Assembly: GCA_964016885.1 (NCBI GenBank)
Contig: OZ024740.1
Coordinates: forward strand, 257,982,001 to 258,046,000
Source of the DNA: Eledone cirrhosa
Lineage: Eukaryota
Direction of reading: 5' to 3'
Length of the DNA: 64,000 nt
Position numbers and translations under genes: made by a program. Below are positions 27,200 to 42,239 of the stretch, one piece after another (within the stretch, counting starts at the first letter, position 1; every line of letters starts with the position of its first letter). The notes beneath the pieces were generated by a model. It made no database searches and was not told the origin of the DNA. It saw only the letters and a list, made by a program, of their open reading frames with translations.

Positions 27200-28278
27200 G
27201 TGAAGCTACTACACCAAAACTCGTCCCATGGACTGAGTGCTCTACTAATACGGATATAACCCACCAGTGTTCTACTATTATATATATATTGAATTGTACA
27301 AGTTGTGAAATTGCTTGGTTTACGTGCGCGGTTGGTCGAAATATCTCGAATTAGAATTCTAACCAACGCGTTAACTCTATGTCGCTGTCTAATCGCCTGT
27401 TGGCATTTAATGTCTGGAAAGGCTTTAAGAAACTACCATTGTTTACTGTCGCACTATTTTCGCCATGGTACTTGGAGACTGGAGCCGAATGCTACCACTC
27501 TATTGTACAGTAGTTGCAGACTGATTTTCTCTAGTAATCGATTTTTTCACTCACTTGTTAATTTGAGACATGTTGAGATTTGTTGGTGAGTTCTTATAGC
27601 TGGGGCGGAAGAACGTAAATTTCTGAACCAATAGCATTGTGATAACACATAGGGATTTCAGTTGCTAATGTACTGCTCTGTTGCTTGTCGCATTCACTGC
27701 CATAGCTGACACGGGCTGGAATCGAATTCTGTCGATCGGTTGGTTATTGATGAGGCGAAGCCCGCAGATGAAGCCACATGCACCGATTGGCATAATCAAT
27801 GCAGACAGTGGACACTATTTACGAATGTAGTATTGAAGCTATTAATTTTGTGTCTACTCTGAGATTTTCATATTTTCTTACCTATTGAGTAAGCTGAGAT
27901 GCAGCCGGTACTAGCAGTTAAACTTATGCTAGTTCCGTCAACTTCTTACGGGGTCGATAAAATAAAGTACCAGTAATGTACTGGTTAATTGCTGGACGTG
28001 TACCAAAAGTAGAAACAATTACTTTTTTCTCATATTCTTTCCTTAAATTCCTTCCACCCTAATATTAACCTCTATCTTTTATTCCCTTAAAAAATAATCC
28101 TAATAATTATTTAAATTTACCTAGCGTCTAAATATAACGATCTTTTTCAGTTTTAACGTTATCCTCATTTGCATATTCATCCTAAGATTTGAAATTCTTT
28201 TTCACTATTCAAACAGAACTTAAAACGCGATAAGTTCTTGTTTTGAATATGTCACTATCTGCAAAACAACTTTTATAA

Positions 28279-28335
28279 TTTATCTGATGAGGGCGTACCA
28301 AAATTTCGGTACCCTTAAAATAAATATAATAAAAT
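28279..28335 (+). ncRNA. Inactivated hammerhead copy (GAAA to AAAA)
   Basis: TTTAT-CTGATGA-GGGCGTACC...GGTACCCTT-AAAA; same family as 16778. Confidence 0.6.
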
Positions 28336-28373
28336 AAATATGGTTTTATAAAGATAGTTTTCATTTATTAATT

Positions 28374-28556
28374 GGTGGATTGGCAGTATCGGTAGAGGGT
28401 CGGACGCCATGCTTTGACGTATGGAGTTACGGCTCTTGCCATTCTGAGTTCAAATCCCGCCGAGGTTGACTTTGCCTTTCATCCTTACGGGGTCGATAAA
28501 ATAAATGTACCAGTAATACACTGGGTAATTGCTGGCCTTGTGCCTAAAGTAGAAAC

Positions 28557-28562
<6 letters not shown>
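28374..28562 (+). mobile_element. tRNA-derived SINE, full length
   Basis: A box, B box GAGTTCAAATCC, core and tail intact. Confidence 0.9.
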
Positions 28563-28603
<41 letters not shown>

Positions 28604-28616
28604 TATATATATATAG

Positions 28617-29360
28617 CTTCACCATTTCTAACTCCGATTCTTCTGCCCCTTTTCGCGATATCTATCTATCAATCACTCTCACCACACCCTCTCTACTTCC
28701 ATCTTCTATAAACCGACTGACGCCCATTCTTACCTCGGCGACTTCACCTCCTCCCATCAAACCCACACCAAACACTGCATACCCTATTCCCAATTCCTCC
28801 GTCTTCGTCGGCTCTGTAGCCAGGCGCACGATTTCGAAACCCTTTACCTTCACATGGCCTGCCGCTTCATCCACCGTGAATATCCCCCCCCCCCACCCTG
28901 ATCCAAGATGCTCTCACCCGCGCCCGTGAAACCGACCGTACCACAGCCTTCTCACCTCACCATCACCCACCAAACACCCACCTTCCTTTCCTTCTCACCT
29001 ACCACCCCATCACCCTACCACTCCGGTGACATATATTCCGTTCATTCCGCATCCTCTCTTCTGATCCCGTCACTTCTCGTTTTTTTCTTAACCCACCTAT
29101 TACTGCATTCAAGCCCGCTCCTAACCTCTACGACCTGCTGGTACACAGTTGCTTCTCGTCCTATACTACGACTCCATCCGGCTCTCATCCTTGTTCTCGT
29201 CCCCGCTGTAAAATATGTCCTTTCATTTCCATCCTCAGCAAGCTCACAGCCCCCCCCCCCCCCACACACACACACACCGGTTCATTCCGTATCTGCCATT
29301 CCTTTACCTGCACCTCCACCACGTTGTCCTGGGTGTCCTTTTACATCACGGATCACAGAC
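28617..29360 (+). mobile_element. Neptune-like Penelope RT thumb remnant
   Basis: Frameshifted APFRDIYLSI / TSIFYKPTDAHSYLGDFTSSHQTHTKHCIPYSQFLRLRRLCS. Confidence 0.75.
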
Positions 29361-29364
29361 CAGG

Positions 29365-29660
29365 ACTGAAGAACGTCTGTACAAGACTCTGTCGCAAAGC
29401 TGGACTCAAAAGTCATCTTCGCAGTCATAAAGTGAGACCAGTGGTTGACTACCAGGCTGCTGTCGGAGATGCTACTCATCATATGTGCCAAGCATTTGGA
29501 AAAGAGTGTCGATCAGCAGGAGGGCTCAAACGACAGGCAAAAGTTCCTGACGAAAAACTACAGCCGGTCGTTACCAGTGAATGTTTGGGTTGACAAATCT
29601 GTGCAAGACATTTTAGATCATTGGCTGGGCTAAAACGCGACATTCGATCGCAGCACCGTT
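29365..29660 (+). mobile_element. RTE LINE C-terminal tandem C2H2-like fingers
   Basis: CTRLCRKAGLKSHLRSH, CQAFGKECRSAGGLKRQ, ICARHFRSLAGLKRDIRSQH; parallels 43620-43907. Confidence 0.65.
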
Positions 29661-29928
29661 AATTATTAATATACTAGCAGGCCCGTCCGGCTGGCGGCCG
29701 GCTAGGTATACCTGCCCCCACCACTCCACTGCAAAGTTACCACACACCCTCCCGTGTCACATTATCCTTCCGACTCTCTCTCTCTCCTTCTCTCTCTGAA
29801 TAACTAACAGTTTAATTGTATCTCTCTCTGTCTAACGGCCTATCTCTCTCTGTCTAACGGCCTATCTCTCTCTTTCCCCTCCCTCTGTTTTTCTGTCTCT
29901 CTCTGTAGATGTGTGTGTGTAGTTTTCC

Positions 29929-30042
<114 letters not shown>

Positions 30043-30174
30043 CTCTCTCTCTCTCTCTCTCTCTGCGTATATATTGAAGGGAGATACGGAAACTAAAACA
30101 GTGTTGTCATATAGAGAGTGAAGAGCGAAGGAGAAAGTAAAGCAGTTAAATTATAGAGAGGGGGAATGATCGTA

Positions 30175-30402
30175 CATACATACATACATACATACATACA
30201 TGGTGGCTGCCAACTCGTTTTCGAGTACGGCCACTACTTTATATCCGATGCGCTGAACGAGTGTGACTTTTCAGTCCAGCCAGCGACTTGAAAACTCTGG
30301 TACAAACACTACACTTGTGACAATTATTGACACATGGTGCTGGGCCCATGGTACCATGTGACGACAAGTGTAGAGAGATCTCCAGATATAAAGCAATGCC
30401 TG
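30175..30402 (-). mobile_element. RTE LINE 3' end (zinc finger, stem-loop, (TATG)n tail)
   Basis: [22 protein letters not shown] then ACTCG AAAA CGAGT hairpin; near identical to 62490-62712. Confidence 0.75.
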
Positions 30403-30541
30403 TGTATACATACATATATACATACATATAAAGTATATGTGTGTGTGTTTGTGTATGTGTGTATGTGCATGTGTGTGTCTGTGTGTTTTGTTTTGATGTT
30501 ATCCGGCAATTGGCGAAATCAGGTGTGAAAGTATGTGTATT

Positions 30542-30625
<84 letters not shown>

Positions 30626-30820
30626 TGTGCGTATGTGTGTGCGTGTGTGGTGTGTGTGTGTTACTTATGCGAGCGACGACAGAAAATGTGTGTGGGATAC
30701 ATACATTATTATATTTGTCTGTATTTTCGTTCTGCAACCTTTATATTATAATATTTGTATCCAAATGGTTTTAGATGTATGTATTACCTTCTTGCTCGTC
30801 CCACTGTTTCTCTTTCCCCC

Positions 30821-30918
<98 letters not shown>

Positions 30919-31144
30919 CTCTTTCTGTCTTTAGATGTGTGTGTGTAGTTTTCCTAATCTGTCTCTTTCACTCTCTGTCTCTCTAAGAGTGTTGCCTTTA
31001 GATGTATGTATTACCTGCTTGTGTGTTCACCGAATTTGAAGGTGGTTATCCTTTTGAAATAAACATACATACGACGCTCATCTCTATGTTGATATATGAT
31101 ATAAATAACGGGATTGGTGAGTTAATATCTGTATACAACAACTA

Positions 31145-31405
31145 CAACGGTACTCGATCGGGTCCACCCACAGGCCAGGGTGACAGAATGGAGAAGGCAT
31201 TTCCCCGGAGGACGTCAAGGGAGACGCGTTGGAAAAGCCACTCCAACTCGCGGGGCTCACACCTGCGGCTGGCCAGCTCAGCGCTTATGGTGGTGAGTAA
31301 GGAGGTAACCATGAGGCCGAGGACACCAGAAGTCTCCACTGCCAGGGGTTCGACCGGTATTTGAGGAGTTTGGCCCCCTCAGGCCGACGTGCAGCAGAAC
31401 CTGGG
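31145..31405 (-). mobile_element. CRE-like non-LTR retrotransposon RLE-domain C-terminal fragment
   Basis: EPLAVETSGVLG...ELEWLFQRVSLDVLRGNAFSIL; GC-rich island. Confidence 0.75.
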
Positions 31406-31885
31406 TATGTATTGATATATTGAAGGTAGATACGGAAAGTAAAAGAGTGTTGTCATATAGAGAGTGAAGAGAGGCAGAGAGTAAATCAGTTAAATTATAG
31501 AGAGGGTGAAAGACGGAGAGAGAGAGAGAGAGACGACGCTCAGCTGTATAATATTTGAGAGTGAAGAGCGACAGAGAGAGTAAAGCAGTTAAATTATAGA
31601 GAGGGGGAATGATCTATTATAGAGAGAGGGGTGAGCGAGGGAGAGAGTAAAGCTAAGAAATTATAGGGAGGTGTGTATGATACATAAATACATAATACAC
31701 ACGACACTCAGCTTTATAATATCATAGATGTGCATGTGGGTGTGTGGGTGTGTATGTGTGTGTGCCTCTGTGTGTGTGTGTGTATGTATGTGTATGTATT
31801 TTATTTCATCTTGCAATGACTAACTCGATAACGAGGGGGCAGTCATCATATACATACATATATATATACTCACATATATAATTGT

Positions 31886-31957
<72 letters not shown>

Positions 31958-32494
31958 ACAAATATATATATGTATATATTTATATAATAAAGGAAGAATT
32001 AGAAATAGAAGTTAGGAATATCCATCATCAGTTGGCTACTAGCCATCATAGTTATTTCTTTGCATTACAGACAATATACCTCCGCCTAGGGCGATACAAT
32101 AAGTAAAATAAGCTATTGGGATAAAGAGAGTTGGGTGGAGAAAGAGAAAGACATGTAAACAGACAAGAATGGTGAAGCAACGTTAACAGAGGAAAAGATG
32201 AAAAAATCAAGTCAATAATTAATTTCGAACATAAGAACAGACGAATATAACGAGGAGAACCAAGACACTTCTTAACCGTACGAATGTGAGAGAGGAAAAG
32301 GATCACGTACAGTGTGGGACGATGGAGGAAGTGAGAGAGAGGGGGAGTAGCAGAGAGTGAGTGAGTGAAAGTGCGAGGAAGAGGCAAGCCAAGAGAGGGT
32401 GAGTGAAAGTAAGGAGAGAGAAGGGGGAGAGAGAAAAAGGATAGCAATAACGGAAGAACATATATATATAAATATATAAAAGTATATATATATG

Positions 32495-32528
<34 letters not shown>

Positions 32529-32659
32529 GGAAGAGGTTTTTGGACGCTAACACCCCAGTGAGAAAATTTGATCCGAAATTATTGCAAGTGCCCGACGAAC
32601 GTGTAGGTCCAGAATCAGACAGATCCATACAATGATCGTATCTCGAAACAATTGAAACA

Positions 32660-33519
<860 letters not shown>

Positions 33520-34183
33520 GTATATATATATATAGTTTATATAAGCTTGTAGCTGTTTTCTTCTTGCTCGTAAAAATCTTCATTAAAATCCGTAATTTCC
33601 TTGATTAAAAACCAGTTTCAAATCATTGTAATGTAAAGTACACACATATGAATATTTATGACGTCGAAAATATAAACACGTATTCAAATTATTTATGAAA
33701 TATATATTTAGGCACGTTTTGGTTCCCATGTAAGAAAATCTTTTACAGAAATTATTCTAATTTCGATACATCTATAATTACTAGGTAAAAAAATTTTTTT
33801 TTTTCAGTATTTTAATAATTCAGGAGTGTGAAAGACTTACACTGTAGCTGACTTGTTTTTCATATTACCTTTTTACTGTTATTTTCAGAATATCATTTGC
33901 TAAATCATTTTATTTATTGAATTAGTAATTGTAAGTATTTTGTTTCATCAATTTAATTAATTGAGTTTTGAAATATTATAATTGGTATTCTCTTTTATTA
34001 TTTTATCATTCATTATTTATTCAATTAATTAATCATTGGAATATTTTGAGGTAGGTACTATTATCTTATTTACTTCTTTAATTAATAAGGTAATAAGCAA
34101 TTGTAAGTATTTCGTTTCATTTATTTAATTAAGTAATTATTGAAATATTATAATTGGTATTCTACTTCATTATTTTATTATTT

Positions 34184-34304
34184 ATTCTGAGTTCAAATCC
34201 CGCCGAGGTTAACTTTGCCTTTCATCCTTACGGGGTCGATAAAATAAAGTACCAGTAATGCACTGGATAATTGCTGGCCTTGTGCCTAACGTAGAAACAA
34301 TTAT
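34184..34304 (+). mobile_element. 5'-truncated tRNA-derived SINE
   Basis: B box to tail matches family. Confidence 0.85.
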
Positions 34305-34909
34305 ATTATTATTTATTATTTAGTTATTTAAATAATCTTTGGAATGTTTGATTTACTTTTTAATTACTTATGATAATATAATAAGAGCGAACATGTTTTC
34401 AATGGTTTCTTGTGGAAATCCCGAAGAAATGCATGAAAAAACGAATATTGCTCATGAGCATGTAGATAAATGTTAACGACACTGGGAATTGAAAGCATTA
34501 GAGACAATGGACAGTCGTTCTCCATTAAACAAATGTATTAAGGACACCCTACAGAGCTGTGTCTTTATGAGAACTTTGACGAAAATGCAACGAAAAACGA
34601 AGGAATGTTTTCATGCCTACAGGCTTATTAGGCCACACATGGATCAGAGTCATGTTTTCACAGAGGAGACGAAGGAAGCCGGAAAATAAAAAAAATAGTA
34701 CTAGCCACAAAGGACCCACAGAATCCTGGAAGGATCTGAAAGCCGCAGGGAGTATTTTGGGGTTACAAATACTACCCTGATAAATAGGATACAGTATGCG
34801 GAAGCAGTACAGACTAGCTACAGAACCACGGTCTTTTTTTAAATAGTGGAAAAGATTGTAAAATAGCAGACTGGGATTCATCAAATAGAAGCCAAAGTCA
34901 GTCACATCG

Positions 34910-35410
34910 ACGTAGTACATAGCATATGATATACTGAGACACAGTATACATAAGTGAGACAGCTCAAAGCATAGGAGAAAGAATAAATGAGCACTGGCGA
35001 GAACTCCAGGATAGGAAAAACTCATCCGTACTCCACCAACATTCCGAAATGGAACATAGGGGCTCATTAGAGAACATAGAAATAAAAACTATATCCACAC
35101 ATAGAAAAGGCGTAATGCTCAGACAAATTATACATAAACGAACTTCAGCCAAAATTAAACAGAAAATACGAGTGGAATAGCAACAACATCACAACGAGTA
35201 ATTAAAGAAAAATGAAGACATACACAGACACACAATAACCAAACTACTAAAACAAACCAGACCACACATTGTGACAAGGAGTGACAAGTAAATAAACACA
35301 TCAATAAATAGAGACAAACTAAGTACACAGCACATAACACAAAAAAACAAGATGGTATATAACAGATCAAAGGAGAGACACAAAATAAAAAAATCATTCT
35401 CTGAAGTCAC
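34910..35410 (+). mobile_element. Poseidon-like PLE GIY-YIG remnant
   Basis: YISETAQSIGERINEHW, ELQPKLNRK. Confidence 0.7.
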
Positions 35411-35518
35411 CCAAAATGTGCTAGGTTGAACGATATACTAACTGTAAACAAAACGGTCAGCCAGACTCAATTAAAAAAAAATTAAGAAAAAACAAACCGT
35501 TTGTGATAACTATCGAGA

Positions 35519-35587
35519 ACATCCAGACAGTATCTGATAAACTGTTTCGCAAAGGTATTAGCAATTCTTCTGCTCGTCAGTGGATGT
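35519..35587 (-). ncRNA. Canonical type I hammerhead ribozyme
   Basis: ACATCCA-CTGACGA-GCAGA...TTTGC-GAAA-CAGT ttatcagat ACTG-TC|TGGATGT; 7-bp helix I, 5-bp helix III, GUC. Confidence 0.9.
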
Positions 35588-36100
35588 AAGGAATTAGTTA
35601 ACCCTTCAATTCTAGGTATCTTAGAAGACTAAATGAAACGTGAATTTAGAATGACGCATGTAACATTCAGAGCCCAGCGTGTCTCGCAAAAAACCTATAC
35701 TGCTAAAAATAGCAGCCTGGTTTACAGGACAATTATATAGCTCTACAAAATTAAATTTAAGGAGCCGTACATCAAAGTATATATTGAGTTAGAAACTCAT
35801 TAAGGTCCATTACAATTAAAATTAACTCAAGGAAAAAAATGTTCCGGGCCGTGTAATATAATTCAATAAAGAGAGAAAACCACATATATATACACATCTG
35901 TATTCAGATTATAAGGGATCAAAATGTGCTAGATTGAACGCTATACTAACTATAAACAAAACGGTCTGCCAGACTCAATTAAAAGAAAAAACAAACTCAA
36001 TTAAGAAAAAAACAAACCGTTTGTGATAACTATCGAGAACATCCAGACAGTATTTGGTAAACTGTTTCGCATTAATTGAAGGGTATTATAGTTAGTATAC

Positions 36101-36282
36101 GGTGGATTGGCAGTATCGGTAGAGAGTTGGACACCATGCTTTGACGCATAGAGTTACGGCCCTTTATGATCTGAGTTCAAATCCCGCCGAGGTTAACTTT
36201 GCCTTTCATCCTTACGGGGTCGATAAAATAAAGTACCAGTAATGTACTGGTAATTGCTGGCCTTGTGCCTAAAATAGTAACA
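36101..36282 (+). mobile_element. tRNA-derived SINE with TSD
   Basis: ATTATAGTTAGTATAC at 36085-36100 and 36283-36298. Confidence 0.9.
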
Positions 36283-36348
36283 ATTATAGTTAGTATACCA
36301 TTCAACCTAGCAAAATTTGGTCACTTATAATCTGAATACAGATTGAAT

Positions 36349-36424
<76 letters not shown>

Positions 36425-36529
36425 AACACAAACCTATACCATTGGCAATCCATGAGTACGTATCATCGATGGCTGAATGATCGAGCATGAAAATCGAAAT
36501 ACGTTCATATGTATATATATATATATATA

Positions 36530-36621
<92 letters not shown>

Positions 36622-36628
<7 letters not shown>

Positions 36629-37975
36629 ATACTTGGGGAGGGTCATATTTGTGTAATATTGTCAGAATTAATAACAGAACACACTCACTGTTTGGTTGGT
36701 TTTCGCTTTTCGCTTCTGTGTCTTTTATATCGGTAATCTAATATACTCGGTCCTCAATGTTGCCATTGACTGACCGACGGTCAAAAATAATACAGATACA
36801 ATATAGACACAAACACATATATATAGTTTATCATAAATCTTTCGTTGCACATCTGCAACATCATCAGTGGTGCTATTGTTTCCTCCTATTGAATTGTATG
36901 GCTACGCCATTTTTTATTCAGTCTGTCTATATATTTATTTATTTGCTTGTTTGTTTATTTTATTTTGTCTTCTTTGCGCATGCGTTTTCGTGTGTATAGT
37001 GTTTTGTTTGATGTGTGATGTGTGTTCGTGATTGGGTGTTTAATGTGTGTTTATGTGTTTGTTGTTAATGTGCTTGTGTATGTATTTATTTATTTATTTA
37101 TTTATTTATTTTATTTTATTTTATTTACTTATTTATACTTCTCTTAGGTCAGTGTTGTTTGTTTGGGTGTTGTTGTTATTCCATTCATTCTTTCTGTTTA
37201 GTCTTGGTCTTCTAAGTTCTATTTCACTGGCCTCTCTGATTTGCCTATCTGCTGGGTCATTTCTATGTTTAGATATTATTCTAATTTCTATGTTGTCTAT
37301 GTTACCGTCATGTTGTTGTCTGGCATGTTCGTATAGTACTGACCCGTTTTTTCGTCCTTTTAGTTCCCCCCAGTGTTGGTCTATCCTTTCACCTATGCTA
37401 CGAGCTGTCTCACCTATGTATGTTGTTGTCATGTTTCTGCAGGTACCCTCTGTACATCTTATGCTATAGACTACGTTTCTAGTTTTACAGTTTATCCGGG
37501 GGTTTACCTTACATATGATACATTTCCTATTGGTACAGTGGGTTTTCTTAAAAGGGTATGTTTTGCTGATCAGGGATTTTATGGTGGTTCCTGGCTTTTC
37601 TACCACCTTAATTTTTAAGTGGGTCTTTCTCAGGGCCTTTCTACACTGGTTAGCTAATTTCCCTCCAGGGGTAGCGTCCACAAACATGACACTCTGGTAT
37701 CTCTAGTTGTCGTACCATGAGGTGGCTTTCCCTATCTTATGTCTAGCCCTATCTAAGCTATTCCATGATTTGCTCCTATATAATGGGCAAATTCCTTTCA
37801 TGTCCAGTTCTATAACTCTGTCTCTTTGGTTGTAGCCAGAGAACTGCATGCGGTTGATGAAGTGTTGGATGTGTCTTTCCATTTCTGTTGGGTCGCACAT
37901 GCGGGACACATTCTTCATCACTCGTACCAAATCTGCGATCAGAATATTAAACTTAGCACTACTGGACATTGCTGA
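36622..37975 (-). mobile_element. Poseidon-like Penelope element 3' part (RT thumb, Cys linker, GIY-YIG, 3' pLTR)
   Basis: [19 protein letters not shown]...SGY; ORF 37133-37687 CTNRKCIIC...CKTRNVVYSIRC...YIGETARSIGERIDQH; both ends in (TA)n. Confidence 0.9.
36830..36871 (-). ncRNA. Hammerhead with one extra core nucleotide
   Basis: ACCA-CTGATGA-T-GTTGCA gatg TGCAAC-GAAA-GATT-TA|TGAT in the PLE 3' UTR. Confidence 0.75.
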
Positions 37976-37982
37976 GTGTATG

Positions 37983-38170
<188 letters not shown>

Positions 38171-38494
38171 GGTTTCAGTAAGTAAGGAACTCAATATATA
38201 GCAGAGTATAAATATTTAATACAGAAATGGCTTCTACAAGACTCGGAAATCATCAGGAAAGCCGATTGTCAATGTGTTATGGTGGTACTTATACTTTTTT
38301 CTGGTGGTAGGCGAAGGTGGTGATTGAGATGGGTGGAGGTCATTGGCTGATGGATTTAAACTATACTTAGAGAAAAATACATAGTGTTACAGAATGATAC
38401 AAATACAGGCAATCCTAATTTTCAAGGTTCATTTATTCAAGCGTTTTCATTAACATACCCTGTTGAAGTCTGCAAATTGGTCAGGTGCTTACAA

Positions 38495-38535
<41 letters not shown>

Positions 38536-38547
38536 CACATACATACA

Positions 38548-38578
<31 letters not shown>

Positions 38579-38609
38579 GCGCACACACGCATATACACAC
38601 AGACAAGAG

Positions 38610-39922
38610 CCGACAGAAAAAACAATTTTGATATCTCTATGGGATCATCTGACTCGGCGCAACTAACGGACTTCGTTGGATTATTTATTAATAATTTACT
38701 GCATAGGAAAATCCCAGAGATGGCCGGAGGTTTATATCGTGACGATATGTTGCTTTTAATTGAAAACCATAGCAATAGTGAAATTAATAGGAAAAGAAAA
38801 TCCATAATACAATTTTTCAACAACTATAATCTTAGGGTAGAAATAGAGAATAACTACAAAATCTTTAACTTCTTAGATGTAACCTTAAACCTTAGCACAG
38901 GTCTTTACTCTCCTTTCCATAAAATTAACGAAAATCTAAATTATTTAAGTTTCAATTCTAATCATCCTAGAAGTATTAAAAACACTATTGTCAATAGCGT
39001 CCAACAACGGATTTCACGCATCTCCGCTAATAAAAATATTTTTGATGATAAGGCTGAATATTATAATGAAGCTTTACATAAAGCGGGATACTCAAATAGT
39101 ATTAAGTACATAGATAACAATAACATGACATATCATCCTAGTATTAACTTAAACAATAAACCAAACACAAAAACTAGAAATAGAAATATTATTTGGTACT
39201 CTCCCCATTCTCATTAAGCGTTAAAACAACTTTAGCAAAGCTATTCTTTAAAGCACTAGATAAATGTTTTCCTAAAGCCCACAGATACCACTCTATTTTT
39301 AACAGACACACTATAAAACTACCCTACTCTACTACTATGAACATGGCACAAAATATAAATAGAATTAATAATAGAAACTTAAATTTAAACCCTAAACAAA
39401 CTAACCAAAATAGCAATAATAATATTTCTAACAACAATATTCAGAATAATAGTACCGTTCTGAACAACAATAATTCCAGTAAATGTAACTGTAGAATCAA
39501 ATCAAACTGCCCTTTACAAAATAATTGTTTAGATAAATACGTAGTTTATAAATGCACAGTTAAAACTAGAGACAAAATGTTTAACTAAGTTGGTGCCACT
39601 TCAACAAAATTTAAAGAATGCTGGAATAAGCATAATCATCCATTTAAGAGATCTGATAAAAAATCTTCTACTTCAATTTCACATCTAATTTGGAATTTAA
39701 AAGACAACTATATAGACTATTCAATATATTGGAGAACAATTTCGGGAGCACCTGCATACCGAAATATGGCTTTATCAGGATTATGTAAATTGTGTATCGA
39801 AGAAATTTTTTTATATAATTAACTGTCAAAACTCTATTAATCTCAGAACAGAATTATTTTCTTCTTGCAGACATCGACAAAATACCACGTTCAGAACTAT
39901 TTTTAATTTATAATATTCCTAT
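38610..39922 (+). mobile_element. Naiad-like Penelope RT + GIY-YIG remnant (5'-truncated)
   Basis: FDISMGSSDSAQ, GGLYRDD, NFLDVT, SNHP, CNCRIKSNCPLQNNCL, VVYKC, CKLCIEE, SCRH. Confidence 0.9.
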
Positions 39923-39925
39923 ACA

Positions 39926-41183
39926 CGAGGGTTTCCCAATCTGGGCGATATCGCCCACCGGTGGGCGATTTCAACTATCAGGTGGGCGATGAACGAATTT
40001 TTAGGAAATAGTGGGCGATCTAAAATGTTGGTGGGCGACAAGGTATTTTCGGTAATTAAGTATGTTATTGATCATATAATGGCCGGTATGCTGTAATCAC
40101 AGAGCTCGGATTCGCTCTTCCCAACTCTAGACTAAGGAAGTAGTATCCAGCTGTATGACTATAATTCATCTGTTTTCAACTGATTCATGTCTAGTAGTTT
40201 ACGGCTGCCGAACAGCTCACATGGACAGCTCACATTGGACGCACACACACCCGCGTGCATCGGTAAGCTAAAACAGGTGATGACGCAAGACCAACGGCAA
40301 AACGTGTTAACACTGCTGCTGTCGCGCATCGTGAATTTCTGCCTTAGCCGATTCAGTCTCTATGAATTCTTTTTTCGAATTTCAACTTCCCTAATGCCTC
40401 CGGTAAAGAAAACTTGTCGCCAATACAGCATTGATTATTTATCATATGGATTTATTGCTTCTCCTCAGAACTGTCAATTACCCATGTGTCTTCTATGCCA
40501 GCAAACTTTGAGCAATGAAGCCATGAAACCTTCACACTTGAAATATCATTTTGATTCCAAGCATATTTTTTGCAATTTAAGGCCTCTTTCGAAAATCGGA
40601 AAACACTGAACACGATGTTTAGGGAAGCAACTGTACAGGAAAATGACTGTATGATTGCGTCGTACAATATTGCATTACTGGTCGCAAAAACCGGAAAGTC
40701 TCACACTATAGGAGAAACATTTCTCGACGAATAGATGAAATGACCACAGATGTCAAACATCAACTCATTCAAATTCTCCAGTGTTCTGAATGTTCTATAC
40801 AAGTGGATGAGTCAACCATTATAGACAACCAATGTTTGATGATGGTTTATGTTCGATATTTCAATGAATACCTTCAACCTTGTGAGGAAATGCTGATCAC
40901 AGAGAACTTGCTGCTTGATTCATAAGGTACATCTATTTTCGATATGCTTAAGCGTTTCTTTTCTGAACATCATATCCCACTGACCAATATTATTGCCTGT
41001 GCGTCTGATGGGGCCCCTTCCATGGTTGGAAGATACAGAGGTTTTTCATCTCTCTTAAAGCGTGAAATTTCTCAACAGATTTTAACAGTTCACCGACAAC
41101 ATTTAGTGGCAAAAGATATCAGTGGTCGGTTGAATGATGCGCTGCAGTTGGTTATCAAAACTGTGAATAAACTGAAATCAAAT
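39926..41183 (+). mobile_element. hAT Buster/Charlie-type transposon remnant
   Basis: Terminus AGGGTTTCCCAA; RQYSIDYLSYGF...PMCLLCQQTLSNEAMKPS (BED finger), SIQVDEST, ASDGAPSMVG. Confidence 0.9.
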
Positions 41184-41278
41184 TGTCCGATTAACCCGCT
41201 CGATATGCAAATTGGGCTACTCAGCCGTTAATATACATAAGATAAGTATATTCGTTCAACAATCTGGCAGGAAGGTAT

Positions 41279-41321
41279 ACGTTGCTGACGATAGCTAATA
41301 AGCTTGAAACTAGTAGAGCGT
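41279..41321 (+). ncRNA. Minimal hammerhead ribozyme
   Basis: ACGTTG-CTGACGA-T AGCT aata AGCT T-GAAA-CTAG-TA|GAGCGT; palindromic helix III; first helix I pair mismatched. Confidence 0.7.
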
Positions 41322-41586
41322 TCCTTTATCAGTGTTGAACAAACGAGCAGCGATGGTTGCTAGACACTACGGCTTAATACGGGATGTTTGTTTACAAACA
41401 CACCAAGCATTATAATAAGTGTTCGGTGAATCCATACGTACATATATATATGTGTGCATGTATATATATATATATATATACATACTACTGTACGTCTGTA
41501 TACATATATGTATGTACGTGTACATACTTATATTTGAGTAACAGCCGTACTAAGATTGGGAAATGAAATTTCGTTTCATTTTTTCC

Positions 41587-41628
<42 letters not shown>

Positions 41629-42239
41629 TATAGAAAAAGTTTGTTAGAAATATCCAAAGGGTAGAGCACTCAGTCCAAATGACAAGTTAAGTATAAATAG
41701 TTACAACAGTGACATAGAAGCACTTAAGTTTCGTTGGGTTCTGGACCCTAACTCATTGAGTCTGTCATAAGAAAAATAAAAATAAAGATGACCGCCTAGG
41801 TTGGATTGTGCATAAGGAAAGGCATGTAATCTAGATATTAATTAGAAAAAGGACTTTCTTTTTTATTAGAAGGTAAGATCAACAGAGGTAACTCTTGAGA
41901 ATCCACAGTCAAGCTTTAATAAAAATAGAAGAAAAATATTTTTTTCTAGCTGACTCAATGAATCCAATTTCCCTGATATACAAAATGGCCAGTAAATCAA
42001 AGTATACTTCTAGATCTGTTAGTCAGTCTAAGCCACCTACTCAAAATATACTACTTCTCATGAAAATAGCTGCCAAAGCAATCAAGCCGTGTGTTGAGGC
42101 TGTGTTTACCTGAAGCTAGTTGTGAGAGTATATACCATTTTTCAGAATTACAAAGTTTACAAAATTTCTACCCATTCACATATCCTTCATTTAATGCAAA
42201 AAAGGTGTAGCGTTGATCTGGTATATATATAAAGGAATC

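Larger units (their letters stand above)
35413..36343 (-). mobile_element. Partial tandem (520-bp period) HHR unit plus short inverted arm
   Basis: 35413-35551 repeated at 35920-36071; 36285-36343 is the inverse of about 35895-35953. Confidence 0.75.

Noticed and set aside
41718-41765. Hammerhead-like motif on minus strand (similar cases at 47797-47840 and 63440-63480)
   Set aside because: Helices II/III are visible but core, triplet or helix I are too decayed to call; probable fossils, not counted
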